Part shown: positions 54,842-64,000 of the stretch, piece after piece
Layout: every line of letters begins with the position of its first letter
Position numbering within the stretch: position 1 is the first letter of the stretch
Source of the DNA: an uncultured Candidatus Saccharibacteria bacterium
GTDB taxonomy: Bacteria; Patescibacteriota; Minisyncoccia; Phycocordibacterales; DATDWN01
Reading direction: 5' to 3'
DNA: 64,000 nt
Assembly (NCBI GenBank): GCA_964576615.1
Contig: CAZNUU010000003.1
Location: 6,523-70,522 of the forward strand
Made by a program: the position numbers and the translations under genes
The notes under the pieces: model-generated
Database searches by the model: none
What the model was told of the DNA's origin: nothing
The model's input: only the letters and a program-made list of their open reading frames with translations

Positions 54842-55354
54842 TTATTTTCCTCGTACTACCACCGTGGTGTGATAATTTTTTACCTTGGTGGTTGTGCCAA
54901 CTGTTCCCGTGATGGTCAGATCTATTTTAACCGCAGTAGTAGTGCCATTATCCAGATATCTAAAGATTAAACTTGAGACATTGGTATTGGATAGTGTAAG
55001 TGGACCATAGTATGCCCCATTTACATCTACTTTGAGAATGCCGCCTTGAACATAAAACTTCGTGGTAGTAGAAAGAACACCGTTTAAGTTACTCTGAACT
55101 GTAAGAACTCCCGGGCTTGTACCAAAAGTACTGTTCACCGTATCAACATCTGCAGCACCACGAATATCTCTAGTCATTCTTTCCATAGAATCAATCCCTG
55201 ACTGCTCCGTAATACGCAATGCGGTAACAGTGCGATAAGAATTGGTGAAAGACAGCAGCATACTGATAACAACAAACGAGACAAAAGATAAAATAGCGAT
55301 GTAAATAACCATCTCAACTAAGGAATATCCAGATTTTTTTCTAAATTTGTACAT
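54842..55354 (-). CDS. type IV minor pilin
   Basis: G|YSLVEM prepilin motif. Confidence 0.88.
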   Translation of the reverse strand: MYKFRKKSGYSLVEMVIYIAILSFVSFVVISMLLSFTNSYRTVTALRITEQSGIDSMERMTRDIRGAADVDTVNSTFGTSPGVLTVQSNLNGVLSTTTKFYVQGGILKVDVNGAYYGPLTLSNTNVSSLIFRYLDNGTTTAVKIDLTITGTVGTTTKVKNYHTTVVVRGK

Positions 55355-55355
55355 C

Positions 55356-55817
55356 TTAGATATTGGTTATATAAGCAGAAATGGTTTTGGTGGTTGTAGA
55401 GTGACCTTGAAAATAATCAACGTTCACTGTAATCAGTTTCGTGTACGGGTCATAGGTACCGGATGAGGCAATGCGATCGTTTAGATCTCTTTTCACATCG
55501 GTAACAGTAAAACTTCGCAAAAAAACACCATCTACGTATGTTGGTGTCGTAGTGGTTGCCCAGTCCGTACTAAAAGTTAAATAATATGTCGTGGTTGTTG
55601 AAAGCTTTGCTATATTATTCCAGCCTTTGTCTCTAATAAGCGAAACAACTTCCTGTCCCTCAGCTAAAAGATTGGCTGCCTCGACATTTTTTTGGTTGGC
55701 CAAGGCATATTGCATATAAGTATTAAAAGAAACATTAATAGCCAAGATACCCACAGTCATTATGGCTGCTCCAATGACTATCTCGACTAAAGCTACACCT
55801 CTTTTAAATCGAATCAT
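55356..55817 (-). CDS. type IV minor pilin (PilV-like)
   Basis: G|VALVEI prepilin motif. Confidence 0.85.
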   Translation of the reverse strand: MIRFKRGVALVEIVIGAAIMTVGILAINVSFNTYMQYALANQKNVEAANLLAEGQEVVSLIRDKGWNNIAKLSTTTTYYLTFSTDWATTTTPTYVDGVFLRSFTVTDVKRDLNDRIASSGTYDPYTKLITVNVDYFQGHSTTTKTISAYITNI

Positions 55818-56275
55818 TGTGATTCAATAACTCCTGTCTTATATATTGTAACAGTTTTACTCTGGGATATCCCGGGTGATGAAACCACCACCGTACCGTT
55901 CTGGCTGGTTTCCCCAGTCAAACGGTTGAAAATAACATCGCTCCCCCCGCCAGATAAGCTGATGGTTAGTATGGTGTCAGTTGTGTTTAGGGGATAAACC
56001 ACATTAGTGGAATTTCCCGCGCTGTATGTGCCTCCCGTAAAAAAAGTAACCTTGTCTGAAGCAATGTGTACGCCATAATTTGTCGAATCTTTAGAAGAAA
56101 GAGTGAGACTTCTTGCTTCATTTAGAACTTCAACAATTATTTCAGTATCCTTAACCAAGGCTTGATTTTTTCTGACATGGATGAAGATGTTCAAAACAAT
56201 TACGACTATCAAAGCTATTATGCTCAGGACAACCAGAAGTTCTATCGCATTAAATCCTTGTTTGTTTTTTTTCAT
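55814..56275 (-). CDS. type IV minor pilin (FimT/GspH-like)
   Basis: G|FNAIELL prepilin motif. Confidence 0.85.
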   Translation of the reverse strand: MKKNKQGFNAIELLVVLSIIALIVVIVLNIFIHVRKNQALVKDTEIIVEVLNEARSLTLSSKDSTNYGVHIASDKVTFFTGGTYSAGNSTNVVYPLNTTDTILTISLSGGGSDVIFNRLTGETSQNGTVVVSSPGISQSKTVTIYKTGVIESQ

Positions 56276-57492
56276 TAGCTAATTTTATCGCCTATTGAAT
56301 AAATTGGAGATATGACCGAGATTGCAAAGAACCCTACTGCAAGACCTATGAAGATCATAAGAAAAGGTTCTATTACCGAAGACAGATCCTTGGTCTTCTG
56401 ATCAATTTCATCCTCATAAAAAGTGGCAACTGAAAGTAACATTTCGCCAATTTTTCCTGTTTCCTCACCCACCGAAGCCATCTCGGAGACAAAAACTGGA
56501 TAAAGTGCCTGATGATTTGAAAAAATAGCTGACATTGCTCCACCTTTTTGAATACTTTTTTCCACTTCACCTAGGATCTCCTTATAATATGAATTTTGAA
56601 TAACATCTTTGGTTACCGAAATTGCAACCACAATATCAACTCCTGCGGAAAGGAGGGAGGAGAGTGTCCTAGCAGTTCTGGCAGAATTAATTTGCTTAAC
56701 CATTTCTTTTAGAATTGGCGTTCGTAGAAGCACATAATCTATTACCCTCTGGCCAATCCTAGATTTAATTGCAAAAATAAATAATGCAATTAGACCAGCA
56801 GTACCAATAATGACAAAAGGAAAGTAATTTAGAAGAAAATTGCTTAAACCAATAATAATTCTGGTGGAAAGGGGCAAGGCTATACCAAGACCGTTAAAGG
56901 TTGTGGTTAAGGTAGGTACCATATATATCATCATAACCACACCGATTGCTAGCATCAGGCTCAAAATAACTGCGGGATAAATTAACGCTCCCCTTATTTT
57001 TCGATTAAGCTGGTAAGATTTTTCAATTTGCATGGCCACATTTTCAAGTGCAGTGGAAAGATTGCCTGATTCTTCACCTGCCTTTACCATGGAGACAAAA
57101 AGTGGCGAGAAAACTCTGGGAAAATTCTTCATTGCTTCACTTAAGTTGTTGCCTTTCGAAATCGAATCATTCAAAAGCCCCAGAATTTTTTTGAGTTGCC
57201 CGGTGGATTCCTTTTGCATGATAGTTAGACCTCGGGTAAGTGGAAGCCCCGCATCCAGCATCTTACCTAGATTTCTAGCAAAGATAATTTTGCTGTGAGT
57301 TGAGACACTATTTACAAAAGGCAAACTAGTTATAAAAGGTATGCCTTTTTTGTCCTTGATTTCTTCCGCAAAAACTACTGTGCTGCCGTCCTGTTTAACC
57401 TCATGAAAAAGTGCAAATTTATCCTTAGCTTCGAGTATGCCATTTACTCTCTTGCCCTCCTTATTCATTACTTCATATCTAAATAGCGGCAT
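56275..57492 (-). CDS. pilC: type IV pilus platform protein PilC/GspF
   Basis: AGEESGNL, ALIYP, VGEETG, IEP. Confidence 0.92.
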   Translation of the reverse strand: MPLFRYEVMNKEGKRVNGILEAKDKFALFHEVKQDGSTVVFAEEIKDKKGIPFITSLPFVNSVSTHSKIIFARNLGKMLDAGLPLTRGLTIMQKESTGQLKKILGLLNDSISKGNNLSEAMKNFPRVFSPLFVSMVKAGEESGNLSTALENVAMQIEKSYQLNRKIRGALIYPAVILSLMLAIGVVMMIYMVPTLTTTFNGLGIALPLSTRIIIGLSNFLLNYFPFVIIGTAGLIALFIFAIKSRIGQRVIDYVLLRTPILKEMVKQINSARTARTLSSLLSAGVDIVVAISVTKDVIQNSYYKEILGEVEKSIQKGGAMSAIFSNHQALYPVFVSEMASVGEETGKIGEMLLSVATFYEDEIDQKTKDLSSVIEPFLMIFIGLAVGFFAISVISPIYSIGDKIS

Positions 57493-57493
57493 A

Positions 57494-59248
57494 TTAATCA
57501 GATATAGCTCTTAGAACCTCTTCAATCGTTGTAATCCCCTGCACTGCTTGGAAAATTCCATCTTCTATCATGGTAAGCATCCCTTCCTCTTCCGCTATTT
57601 TTTGAATCTCATCAGTAGTACCAGATTTCAAAATTACATCTTTGATTGCAGGTGTGACTTTAAGAATTTCGTGAATACCCGATCTGCCAGCATATGATTC
57701 TTCGGGCTTAGCATCTTTTTTTGTTCTATAAAAAGGAACCTCCTCCCAGTTATCCCCCTTTGGCACAACCTTTTCCTCCTTTAAAACCTTGAGTACTTTC
57801 TCTAAATTTATTGATTTTCCCAAAGTTTCTATCTCCGGCTTTGAAAGGAAATATTTTTCTTTTTGCTCGGTTAATTTTCTGACCAATCTCTGACCAATAA
57901 TCACATTTACAGTTGAAACAATTAAAAATGGCTCAACTTTCATATCGATAAGTCTAGGAATTGCGCCGGCAGCTGAGTTAGTGTGGAGAGTCGATAATAC
58001 AACGTGGCCCGTGAGCGATGCGTTCACAGCGAGAGATGCGGTTTCGTTATCCCTAATTTCACCAACCATAATAATATCCGGATCTTGACGCACTAAAGTT
58101 CGTAAACCATTTGCAAATGTAAATCCAATTTCCGGCCTAACTTGAGTCTGATTTACCCTTTTCATTTGATACTCGATCGGATCCTCGATTGTTGAAATAT
58201 TTACATCCGGAGTGTTTAAGATATCTAGAATAGTGTACAGGGTTGTGGTTTTTCCAGAGCCAGTTGGACCAGTGGCTAAAATCATTCCGGTTGTGGACTT
58301 CAGAGCCCTATGAATTTTCTCTAATCCATCCCCGTGAAAAGAAAGACCTTCTAAAGTAAAGCCAGAAACATTATCCCGGAGTAGTCGCATAACGATTTTC
58401 TCTCCGAAATGAGTCGGCAGGGTTGAAACACGAAAAGAAACCTTCTCTCCATCCGAGTCAATTTTGAACCTTCCGTCTTGAGGCAACCTCTTTTCGTCCA
58501 GTTTAAGTGAAGTTAAAACTTTTATACGCGCCGCAACTGATGGCGCCATGTTTTTTGGTAAAACCATAGCGTCATGAAGTATGCCGTCTATTCTGTAGCG
58601 AACTAGAAGCTGCGTCTCCTGTGGCTCTATATGAATGTCAGAAGCATTTTGGAGTATTGCATGCTTCAAAAGTGTATCGACAATGCGAACAAGAGGAACT
58701 TCATCCGCCATTTTTTTCAAATCTTTCTCATCCAGTTCTGCACCTCCTTCTTCAGTCGGCAAATTCTTGATTGAACCAATATCTTCTTGGATGAGGTCGC
58801 CAAACTCTGCTTTAAGAGATTTTTGATATTGCAAAATAGCACTCTTCATTGAGTCAGCGTCAGTTAAACGAGGTAAAATCTTTAGACCTGTTTTCTTTTT
58901 TATGAAATCAATCGCAGTGAGATCTTCCGTATCCAGCATGGCAACTTCCAGAGCCGAGTCAGTTTTTTTGAAAGCTACAACGTTGTGATTACGAGCGATC
59001 GGTTCTGGAATTAAAGATAAAACATCAAAAGGCAACTTCTCACCTTTTAGATCGACAAAAGGAATACCGAGAATGTATGCTTGCATTCTGCGCAAGTCAT
59101 CCTCGGTCATCTTGCCCTTATTTACTAAAACTTTGCCTAGATTTATACCTTTTTCCTTGGATTCTTTTTCAGCCGAATTTATATCGGTTCGGGAAACCAG
59201 ACCCGAATCTAGTATGAAATCTTTCAATTGTGACTCTTCAATATGCAT
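57494..59248 (-). CDS. pilB: type IV pilus assembly ATPase PilB/GspE
   Basis: ASDIHIEP, GPTGSGKTTT, TIEDPIE, RQDPD, GH.VLSTLH. Confidence 0.93.
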   Translation of the reverse strand: MHIEESQLKDFILDSGLVSRTDINSAEKESKEKGINLGKVLVNKGKMTEDDLRRMQAYILGIPFVDLKGEKLPFDVLSLIPEPIARNHNVVAFKKTDSALEVAMLDTEDLTAIDFIKKKTGLKILPRLTDADSMKSAILQYQKSLKAEFGDLIQEDIGSIKNLPTEEGGAELDEKDLKKMADEVPLVRIVDTLLKHAILQNASDIHIEPQETQLLVRYRIDGILHDAMVLPKNMAPSVAARIKVLTSLKLDEKRLPQDGRFKIDSDGEKVSFRVSTLPTHFGEKIVMRLLRDNVSGFTLEGLSFHGDGLEKIHRALKSTTGMILATGPTGSGKTTTLYTILDILNTPDVNISTIEDPIEYQMKRVNQTQVRPEIGFTFANGLRTLVRQDPDIIMVGEIRDNETASLAVNASLTGHVVLSTLHTNSAAGAIPRLIDMKVEPFLIVSTVNVIIGQRLVRKLTEQKEKYFLSKPEIETLGKSINLEKVLKVLKEEKVVPKGDNWEEVPFYRTKKDAKPEESYAGRSGIHEILKVTPAIKDVILKSGTTDEIQKIAEEEGMLTMIEDGIFQAVQGITTIEEVLRAISD

Positions 59249-59406
59249 GAGAAAATTGCTCCCTTAATTATAGCAAAATGAGGCCAATTTAGTACAAAAT
59301 TTGTGTATAAATAAAGGTGATTTGACAAAAATCCTCAGTTCGTGTAGTATTGCGATATTGAAGTTCGGCGCGAGCCGAAACTTTTTTTAAAAATAACAAA
59401 ACACAT

Positions 59407-60567
59407 ATGGTAGATCTAAAAGTAATTGGCTCAGTTTTAACCCAGCTCGAAGAAGAGCGTGGCATACCTCGAGAAAAAATTATCGAGGCTATTGAGCTTG
59501 CTCTAGCTACTGCATACAGAAAAGAATACGGCAAGAAAGGCCAAATAATTGAAGCAAAATTTGATATTAATACGGGCAAAACTGAAATGTTTCAGGTTAA
59601 AATTGTCGTGGATGACAGTACAGTTGTGATGGAACCAGAAGATCTACCGGAAGAAACACCTGAGGGAGAGACACCGAAGGAAGTCTATAACCCTGAAAAA
59701 CATATTCTAATTGCAGACGCAAAAAGAATCAAAAGGGGTGTAGAGCTAGGAGAAAAAATGGTTTTCCCTCTCGAAAATCAAGAGGACTACAGTCGTATTG
59801 CTGCTCAAACAGCCAAGCAAGTTATAATGCAAAAAATTCGAGAAGCTGAAAAGGTTTCTGTTTTAGGTGAATTCGGTAAACGAGAAGGTGAAATTGTCAC
59901 CGGAACAGTCCAGAGAATAGAGCGTGGCAATATCTTCTTAGACATGGGACGAGCAACCGGACTTCTTCCTTACGAAGAACAAATTCCTGGAGAGAGATTT
60001 TCACAAGGCGAGCGCGTTCGTGCATACCTGTATCGCGTAGAAGAATCCGGCAAAGGTGTTTTCCTAAGACTTAGTAGATCACATCCAAAATTCCTAGAGA
60101 AACTTTTTGAAAGTGAAGCACCAGAAATTGCTAATGGTACAGTCATAGTTAAGTCAATTGCTCGAGAAGCAGGTTCCAGAACAAAAATTGCAGTAGCGAC
60201 AAAGGACCTTCATATTGATCCAGTTGGTTCTATGGTGGGTCAACGTGGTGTGCGTGTCTCAACTGTTATGTCAGAACTAAGAGGCGAGAAAATAGATATT
60301 ATTGAGTGGTCCGAAGATCCAAAGAAATTTATCGAGGATGCTCTTTCCCCTGCCAAAGCCCTCTCTGTAGATATAAACGAGACAGAAAAACAGGCAACGG
60401 TGGTGGTCTCAGAAGATCAGCAATCCCTAGCTATTGGCAAAGGTGGTCAGAATGTTCGCTTAGCAGCCAAACTCACTGGTTGGAAGATCGATATTCAATC
60501 AACTGGAGGAAAAAAGGAAGAAAAATCTGAAAAAATAGAAGCTCCGGAAGAAATCTCTGCAGAATAA
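59407..60567 (+). CDS. nusA: transcription factor NusA
   Basis: RIAAQTAKQV, AREAG.RTKIAV, AIGKGGQNVRLA; promoter TTGACA-17-TAGTAT upstream. Confidence 0.97.
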   Translation: MVDLKVIGSVLTQLEEERGIPREKIIEAIELALATAYRKEYGKKGQIIEAKFDINTGKTEMFQVKIVVDDSTVVMEPEDLPEETPEGETPKEVYNPEKHILIADAKRIKRGVELGEKMVFPLENQEDYSRIAAQTAKQVIMQKIREAEKVSVLGEFGKREGEIVTGTVQRIERGNIFLDMGRATGLLPYEEQIPGERFSQGERVRAYLYRVEESGKGVFLRLSRSHPKFLEKLFESEAPEIANGTVIVKSIAREAGSRTKIAVATKDLHIDPVGSMVGQRGVRVSTVMSELRGEKIDIIEWSEDPKKFIEDALSPAKALSVDINETEKQATVVVSEDQQSLAIGKGGQNVRLAAKLTGWKIDIQSTGGKKEEKSEKIEAPEEISAE

Positions 60568-60570
60568 TAA

Positions 60571-61497
60571 CTAAGGAAGTTTGAGGACGGGTAGAATCTG
60601 TTTTTTACGAGATAAGATTCCAGGCAACACCTCTGTATCTCCTTCTACTGAAACACCAAAAGAGGCGGAAACTATGTCTTTGGTTAGTTTGCTGTAAGTA
60701 AAGACTGTTGCTTCTTCTCTTAAGATATCGATAACAAAAAGTAGCACATCATCTACATCTTTTTCTTCTTTGACTGTCTCTTTTATCGCGGAAATTATTC
60801 CCGATTTCCTTTTCAAAATTAACTCCGGAGCAGTTGTCTCTAGAACGGAAACTCGGATATTTTTTCCTCCTACAGGATATTTTTTGCTATCTATATTAAT
60901 TAGCCCCTGGTCAGTGAAATCTGAAACATCAGATTTCGCCTTAAACATTTCATCCGAATATTCAACTATATTTATACCTAAAGATTTTGCCAGCTTCTCA
61001 GCCAGATCCTTGTCGTGGGGAGTCGTAGTTGGCGAGCGAAAAGCCAATGTATCCGACAAAACACATGAAAGCATTAACCCCGCCATCTCTTTTGGAAGTG
61101 GAGTACTCCCAATAAGATCATTGATAATAGTAGCAGTTGATGCGTATGTTTTTAGTGTAACGCTAAGTGGAGATTTGGTAGAAAGACCGCTTAACTTGTG
61201 GTGATCGATTATTTGAAGGATATTCGCTTCGCCAATATTGGGAAAAAGCTCTTGGGGGTTATTTGTATCTACAACAATAACCTCCTCGCCATCTTTTATT
61301 GACTCAAGTAGCTCTGGCACAGGAACATGCCATTGGTTTAAAACAAAGATTGTCTCTTTATTAAGAGGCCCTAAAACATAAGGAGTGGCCTTTTGAGTAC
61401 TGTAATTATTTAAATACCAGGCCCATAAAATAGCACTACAGGTTGTATCCGTATCCGGTGCCAGATGGCCAAAAACCTTTACATTATTATTCGCCAT
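60571..61497 (-). CDS. ppaC: Mn-dependent inorganic pyrophosphatase (family II)
   Basis: GH..PDTD, IIDHH, SDT..F.SPTTT, SRKKQ. Confidence 0.93.
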   Translation of the reverse strand: MANNNVKVFGHLAPDTDTTCSAILWAWYLNNYSTQKATPYVLGPLNKETIFVLNQWHVPVPELLESIKDGEEVIVVDTNNPQELFPNIGEANILQIIDHHKLSGLSTKSPLSVTLKTYASTATIINDLIGSTPLPKEMAGLMLSCVLSDTLAFRSPTTTPHDKDLAEKLAKSLGINIVEYSDEMFKAKSDVSDFTDQGLINIDSKKYPVGGKNIRVSVLETTAPELILKRKSGIISAIKETVKEEKDVDDVLLFVIDILREEATVFTYSKLTKDIVSASFGVSVEGDTEVLPGILSRKKQILPVLKLP

Positions 61498-61610
61498 AAG
61501 GAAAATCATACATATTAAGTCTATTGAAATCAATTATAAGTAAGAGTTCCTTTCGACAAGCGTCTTTTCCATAGGTATAATAGCTTTATTATAAGAATAA
61601 TAACTTTCAA

Positions 61611-62183
61611 ATGTTAAAGAAACTTGTTTTGAGAATTTTGCTTGGAGGTTTAATACTTTCCCCTATCGCAGTTTCAGCAAGTGCCAATGCAATGGCCAGT
61701 AGTACCCTAAAAGCTAGGATGGAAGCCTTGCGAATGGAGATGAAAAATATGATGGCCAGTTCGACTATGACCAGAATGGAAAAAATGGAAGGTCATAAAT
61801 TCCTCAGGATGTCAGCAAGGTACGAAGAAGTAATATTTAGGCTTGAAAATATTTTGGCCAAATTAGTTTCAAGAATAGATAAGGTTAAAGCAAATGGTGG
61901 AGACACAACAGAAGCTGAAAGTCTAGCTCTTGAAGCAAAAGGACACTTAGATATGGCAAAAACAGCTTTTGATAAACTTAAACTAGATGTGAAAACTGAA
62001 ATTTCCCAAGAAAACGCATCAAGTACAAAAGCTACTCTTAGAAAGACCCTGGAACTCATGAGAACTGATGGGAAAAACATAGAGTTACACTTGCGGGAAG
62101 CAAAAGAGACTATGATGAAGATCGTGGGTGTACTTCGCGGGGTTTCTGGTCTACACAATGCTACATCTACCAAGGAGGAATAA
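61611..62183 (+). CDS. secreted coiled-coil hypothetical protein
   Basis: signal peptide, repeated ASST motifs. Confidence 0.75.
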   Translation: MLKKLVLRILLGGLILSPIAVSASANAMASSTLKARMEALRMEMKNMMASSTMTRMEKMEGHKFLRMSARYEEVIFRLENILAKLVSRIDKVKANGGDTTEAESLALEAKGHLDMAKTAFDKLKLDVKTEISQENASSTKATLRKTLELMRTDGKNIELHLREAKETMMKIVGVLRGVSGLHNATSTKEE

Positions 62184-62204
62184 AGAAAGATTAATTAAAA
62201 ACAC

Positions 62205-62471
62205 ATGGATAATACACAAAACAAATCTGGAGTTGGCGGAATTATTGCCACAATTATTATTATCGCCATCATTATTTTGGGTGGACTATATTTCTGGGGC
62301 AAGCGAGTTGAAGAGGCTAAATTAAAACAGGATATGGTCTCTGATAACACTCCTCAAAGCAGTGGGCAAGTCACAAATAACACTTCCTCGGATGACTTAA
62401 ATACAATTGATGCAGACCTGCAAAGCACACAAACAGCAAACCTAGGAACTGAAATGCAGACAAATCCGTAA
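62205..62471 (+). CDS. small single-TM hypothetical protein
   Basis: IIIIAIIILGGLYFWG TM. Confidence 0.75.
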   Translation: MDNTQNKSGVGGIIATIIIIAIIILGGLYFWGKRVEEAKLKQDMVSDNTPQSSGQVTNNTSSDDLNTIDADLQSTQTANLGTEMQTNP

Positions 62472-62486
62472 GAGTGAAAACCAAAG

Positions 62487-62554
62487 GCAACCTAAAAACC
62501 GCCACGTGAGATGCTGACGCATGTTACTATCTCACGTGGCGGTTTTTAGGTTGC
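62487..62554 (+). terminator. long perfect hairpin (26 bp stem) before tig promoter
   Basis: GCAACCTAAAAACCGCCACGTGAGAT / ATCTCACGTGGCGGTTTTTAGGTTGC. Confidence 0.65.
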
Positions 62555-62586
62555 AAAAAAGACTTTTGCCATGTATGTTTTAATGC

Positions 62587-63657
62587 ATGTCAAAGAAAAA
62601 CTATCAGGATATCGTCGTTAACTCTCTACCAGAAAGAGAGCTGGAGATTGTTGGAAGTATAACTTCCGAAAGAATGTCAGAACTGCGAGAAAGAGCTATA
62701 AAAAAATTCAAAGATTCTGTTGAAATTCCGGGGTTTCGAAAAGGTATGGCACCAGATAACTTGGTTGTAAGCAAAGTTGGTGAAATGACCCTCCTAGAAG
62801 AGGGGGCAGAGATTGCTCTTAACGAAGAGTACCCAAATATTTTGGCAGAAAACAAGATCGATGCCATCGGCAGACCGGAAATATCAATTACTAAATTAGC
62901 CCCAGGCAATCCACTCGAATTTAAAATCAAGACTTCGCTCCTTCCTGAAGTAAAACTCACCGACTACAAAAAAATCGCCGAAGGAGAGAACAAAAAAGAA
63001 AAAGCTACTCCAGAAGCAACCGAGAAAGAAGTGGATGATGTAATTGAGAATATGAGAAAAAATATTGCCCATCAAAAACTGCATGCAAATCAGAATTTGG
63101 ATGAACATTCACACGATCATGCTGAGATAAAAGACGAAGATTTACCTAAGGTAGATGATGATTTCGCTAAAATGCTCGGTGATTTTAAAAATGTTTCTGA
63201 GCTCAGAGAAAAAATAAGGGAAAATATTGTATTTGAAAAGGAACTGAAAGAAAAAGATAAGTTAAGAACAAGAATCCTGGAAGAAATAATTGAAAAATCG
63301 AAAATTGAACTACCCAAAATACTAATTGAAGGTGAACAAGAAAAAATGCTTGCAGGACTTGAAGACGACTTAGCTCGAAACGGTTTGCAGTTTGATGAAT
63401 ACCTAAAACATATAAAGAAAACTAAAGAAGATCTTAAAGTAGACTGGCGTGAAACAGCAGTGAAGCGAGCAAAATCTCAAGTGGTATTAAATAACATCGC
63501 TAAAGATGAGGGGATATCACCAAAAGAGGAGGAAATTAAAAAAGAAGTTGATGGTATTATTTCTCACCACAAAGATGCAGACCGCTTCCGCGTTCGAATT
63601 TACGTTGAAACATTTCTTACTAACGAGCTCGTTTTTCAGTTTCTAGAGAAGCAATAA
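62587..63657 (+). CDS. tig: trigger factor (short, FKBP domain apparently absent)
   Basis: IPGFRKG.AP ribosome-binding motif, DDDFAK, C-terminal domain. Confidence 0.9.
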   Translation: MSKKNYQDIVVNSLPERELEIVGSITSERMSELRERAIKKFKDSVEIPGFRKGMAPDNLVVSKVGEMTLLEEGAEIALNEEYPNILAENKIDAIGRPEISITKLAPGNPLEFKIKTSLLPEVKLTDYKKIAEGENKKEKATPEATEKEVDDVIENMRKNIAHQKLHANQNLDEHSHDHAEIKDEDLPKVDDDFAKMLGDFKNVSELREKIRENIVFEKELKEKDKLRTRILEEIIEKSKIELPKILIEGEQEKMLAGLEDDLARNGLQFDEYLKHIKKTKEDLKVDWRETAVKRAKSQVVLNNIAKDEGISPKEEEIKKEVDGIISHHKDADRFRVRIYVETFLTNELVFQFLEKQ

Positions 63658-63702
63658 CTCTCTCATTGCATTTTTCAAAAAGAAAAGTGTGAGAAAAAAA
63701 TT

Positions 63703-64000
63703 TTATAACAACAGCAGACTTGAGATTGCAATTGCAGCTGTTTCACTACGCAAAACTTGAGAACCCAGGGAGACACTCTGAATATTATGTTTGGAAAACT
63801 CTTTTATCTCCGCATCACTCCACCCCCCTTCCGGACCAATGAATACCGCTAACCTGTCTATTTGTTCCTTGAAAACATCCGTAACTGATTTACCATTTCT
63901 GTCGAGAAATAAAACTCTATCCGGAAGAAGGTTATCACTATCCAAAAGGTTTTTTAGATCGACAACTGGTCGAACTACTGGAACATCTCCCCTACCCGAT
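63703..64000 (-). CDS. rsmE: 16S rRNA m3U1498 methyltransferase RsmE (3' part)
   Basis: IGPEGGWS..E, SLG..VLRSETAAI. Confidence 0.9.
   Translation of the reverse strand, partial: SGRGDVPVVRPVVDLKNLLDSDNLLPDRVLFLDRNGKSVTDVFKEQIDRLAVFIGPEGGWSDAEIKEFSKHNIQSVSLGSQVLRSETAAIAISSLLLL

Noticed and set aside
1-64000. CRISPR array or cas genes
   Set aside because: No regularly spaced direct repeats and no cas-like ORFs; hairpins differ in sequence and spacing.
1-64000. UGA recoding (genetic code 25)
   Set aside because: Conserved genes are full length under code 11 and TGA acts as a stop (e.g. ATGA overlap at 30099-30102).

Overview
This window is core chromosome of an AT-rich bacterium that looks like Patescibacteria/CPR (Parcubacteria-like). 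That assignment is inferred from the missing rpmD between rpsE and rplO, host genes that mostly lack Shine-Dalgarno sites, split comEC, type IV pili and DUF5663-like genes. It carries recG, ftsH, smpB/tmRNA, infC-rpmI-rplT, the str/S10/spc ribosomal clusters, a VirB4/TraG-like ATPase locus, competence and pilus genes, pgk/tpiA, nusA and tig. Two unexplained layers sit on top of this. (1) About 24 dispersed, self-contained, visibly GC-richer mini-cassettes, each with a sigma70 promoter, usually a GGAGG Shine-Dalgarno, a short unrelated ORF and a GC-rich terminator. They lie between host transcription units, including inside the ribosomal superoperon, with no integrase, attC or IS ends. (2) Several palindromic element families: a CTAA-hairpin-CGSSCG-hairpin-TTAG element next to a small GIY-YIG nuclease and inserted in frame twice in comEC, and ERIC-like 125-190 bp foldbacks abutting stop codons. 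Also present are a tRNA-Ile(UAU), a 6S-RNA-like gene and a 16S-h21-mimicking S8 operator upstream of rpsH. All calls are by eye; no searches or computations were run.
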